The translations under genes and the position numbers were made by a program. Below, one piece after another: positions 61,343 to 64,000 of a stretch of 64,000 nt of DNA. The stretch spans positions 654,886 through 718,885 of the forward strand of contig JAHDYR010000015.1 in NCBI GenBank assembly GCA_019828565.1, in the 5' to 3' direction. The DNA comes from Carpediemonas membranifera BICM (lineage: Eukaryota > Protista > Fornicata). The notes beneath the pieces were generated by a model that was not told the origin of the DNA, ran no database searches, and was given only the letters and a program-made list of their open reading frames with translations. Every line of letters begins with the position of its first letter. The first letter of the stretch is position 1.

Positions 61343-64000
61343 AAGAAAGAAAGAAATTTAACGTATCCTGTACACCTGTGTAAATCAGGGAATTACCAGT
61401 TTGCACCACCCCATGTCCCCGGGAACGCCTTAGCGTGTTGACTTCCCTTCGTGAGCGAGCCTGATACTACGTTGGGGGCGTTAGCACCATCACCGTCAGG
61501 GTCCAGCTGGTAAGGCTGGGTAGTCCCTTGCATGTTGACCTATCAACTGGCTGGCCCGATACCCCCAAAGTCGGGATAACCCAGGTCTTACTCTTGGGGG
61601 TCCTTCGGGCCCCCGTTCTGCCTGGCACCCGCAAGGCCTTGCCCTGCACACCCGCCACCGGGGCCTTCTGCTCGGTTTCCCCCTACAGGGCTCCTCTCAG
61701 GGATATGTTCTCCATACCATTCGACCCAGTTTGCAATTTTTCAGGCACCCGCCGAAGCGGTTTCGGGCTTGGCGTTTGCCGTACCACGCAATTGGGCCAG
61801 TTATGAAACCCACCGATCATCGCTGGGTAGCTATATGATTCACGGCTGCGTTCGGGCTCTTCCACACTTTCCGTTCCGGCATGGATCCCCTCCTCAAGGA
61901 TTTGTTCCCTATAGGGCTTCTTCCCTAGCTTCCGGCTGGTTCCAAGTTTTGGGTGCCGGGCCGTTCGGCGCAGCTCTGTTTTGGTCCAGGTGCCGCCCAG
62001 GTGGTATTGTTGCCTTATGGTTACCCTCCTGTTTGGCTGCTGCGCCCCGATACCTCGCACGTACGTGTATACATGTGCATACGTGCCCCGCCCTATGGCT
62101 CTGGGTTATTTCTTATACGTGTGAAGAGTGTGCCGGTTCTGCCGGCTGAATGTTGTCTACGTTCCCAGTATGGGTGAGCGTTTGTGTGTTAGCGAGATTA
62201 GTGTTCGGGGTTGAGTCCCCCTTCCGCGGCTGGGTGCTACCGGGATACGTGGGGCTTGCGTCCCCCGCTGATCCCAGGAGCGCTCCGCTTCGGTTGAGGC
62301 GGGGGGGTTGGGTCCCAGTTTGACCCTGGTCCCAGAGGTCATAGGATTCTGGGATGGTGTACTTACCCGTCTTTCCGGAGGTTCAGAAGGGCACGTCTGC
62401 CGTTCTGCAGTCCCTCTCTGACGGTATGGTCCTCGCTGCGGAGGAGCCAGAGCATTTCCAGGATTGCCCTTGAGTTGTACCACTCCGCCTCCTGCCCTTG
62501 CCTTAGGGCGTGGTACTGTGTGCGTAGATGCGCCTCCGCCAGGATGTCATTCCATCCTTCTGGGCGTTCTACCGCCTTGCATTGGCAGATGATGTGGCTT
62601 TGTGTTCCCAGGGGGCTGGTTGTATGCCCATTCTGAGAGGATTTTGGTGGTTTCCGCCGCGGTTCTGGTGACAGTGTACAGGCGAGTAATGGTGTCACCT
62701 TCTGATTCCAGGGTACATAGGGGGCAACACCGCTTGATCCTGCTCAGGAGGGCCTGGGGCTGGCCGATCGCGCTCCCAAGTATGGCTCTGCTTCTGCCAC
62801 TGTTGCTGGGGGAGGGGAGTGTGTTGGATGCAGTCATGATTACTCTCTTGACTTCCCGTCTGGTTATCATCTCACCCTTGATCATTCCTGGTTTCTTGGG
62901 TCTCATCCCTTGCTGCATGCTGAGGATGACTTCCGGGGCTAGTACTGTTGCCACCCCTTTGGCCGTTCGGCTCCCGGTGTGCAGTAGTTCTTCTGCTGTG
63001 AGGGTCCAGCCTCCCCTCTTTGCTCTTTTCCCTGGCGGGCATCTCCTCCTGTGTGCCCTGGAGGACGCTCCGTCGCCATTGGTAGAGGCGATGTAAGACC
63101 GATCCTCTCTCCGCTGTCGCCCAGTCCAGATTCCCTAGGGGGGTCGGACGGTCCGGGTCGTGCGCAGACTCATAGAGCCTCACCGCTCTCTGCCCCATAT
63201 CTGCCTCCCAGCACATCCATCCCATTAGTACACGGGCGGCTCCTCCTCCCCCTGGTCCTGTGCTCTGCCATTAGGCCGCGCCAGTTGTTCCAGATGGCTC
63301 TTCCCTGGCGCTTGGCCCCAGATCTCGATCCCGAACTCGATCTTGGGCCAGAGGAAGGTTCTGAGGATGGATTCCGAGGTGGCGGCCGGGGTGGATCCTT
63401 TGGTCCACCCCGCTCTCCTGCCAGGGCTAGGTATTTCCGGGATTGTGACGTCTTCATTTTTGATGCATGCTGCCAACGGATTCTTCCCGCTGGCTAGCCA
63501 GAGTCCCAGATACCTTGCTGAGTCTGACGCCAGTGTGGGAGTTCCTTGGATGCTGACCGCTGCAGTTACGTCGGTACTTATCACCACACTTTTTGCCTGG
63601 GCTGGTCTGGAGTCCATGGGCTTCAATTACCCTGACCACTGCGTCTGTGCCTTCTTCGGCGAGCTGCGGGGTCTCGGCTGAGATGCTTGTATCATCTGCA
63701 AACATTGCAATGAGGCAGTTTTTGGGCCTATCGTCCGTTGGAGGGAGGCAGGGGTCCGGGATCTCTCTATGCCGGAGGTACAGTGCCGCCTGGCTTAGCC
63801 AGTTAGCTGTGAAGAGAATGAACAGAGTGGGGGGCCACCACACATCCTTGCTTGACCCCCATGTTTGTTCTGGACCATGTGCTTGCCCCTCGTACCGAGA
63901 TGTACGTTTCTGTAAGTGTATTTCGGATGGCCCTCGTCAGTCTTGGGTGTACCCCCATGAGCGTCAACTTGTTCACCAGCAGGTCCCTTGGGACCGTATC
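61343..64000 (-). mobile_element. Degenerate non-LTR retrotransposon (LINE), 3' part; continues beyond the right edge
   Basis: Minus strand: DTVPRDLLVNKL, GVKQGCVVAP/TLFILF (+1 frameshift in a C-run), MFADD, YLGLWL, LWPKIEFGIEIWG, CPLC...HIICQC zinc knuckle; putative (TTTC)n 3' tail near 61343-61356. Confidence 0.82.

Overview
Gene-dense, GC-rich eukaryotic DNA from a flagellated protist. Tiny GT-AG introns of 28-46 nt, very short intergenic regions, TGTAAA-type 3' signals and the gene content suggest a free-living fornicate metamonad such as Carpediemonas; this is an inference, not a database match. About 23 protein genes are present: partial QNG1, a small INTS9-like protein, an RNFT-like RING ligase, DPM3, a Gos1-like SNARE, CPSF100, a PocR-sensor hybrid histidine kinase, an M28 peptidase, two identical GARP/SHAQKYF Myb genes, an RCC1-repeat protein, IFT144, a DNAH1-like dynein, GAPDH, an APC10(DOC)-BTB fusion, H2A, glycogen debranching enzyme, PRPP synthetase and a 2.5-kaa FG-GAP/Cys-rich surface protein. 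The window ends in a decayed DIRS-like retrotransposon interrupted by an antisense non-LTR element. Most notable: (i) a prokaryote-type PocR-HK-REC kinase that carries a spliceosomal intron and lies 3 kb from a GARP transcription factor, a candidate phosphorelay; (ii) a 767-bp inverted duplication of that GARP gene bracketing a 20-kb block that holds two flagellar genes; (iii) the DOC-BTB fusion; (iv) the five-propeller integrin-alpha-like protein; (v) an ultra-compact intron architecture. All family assignments come from motif recognition by eye.
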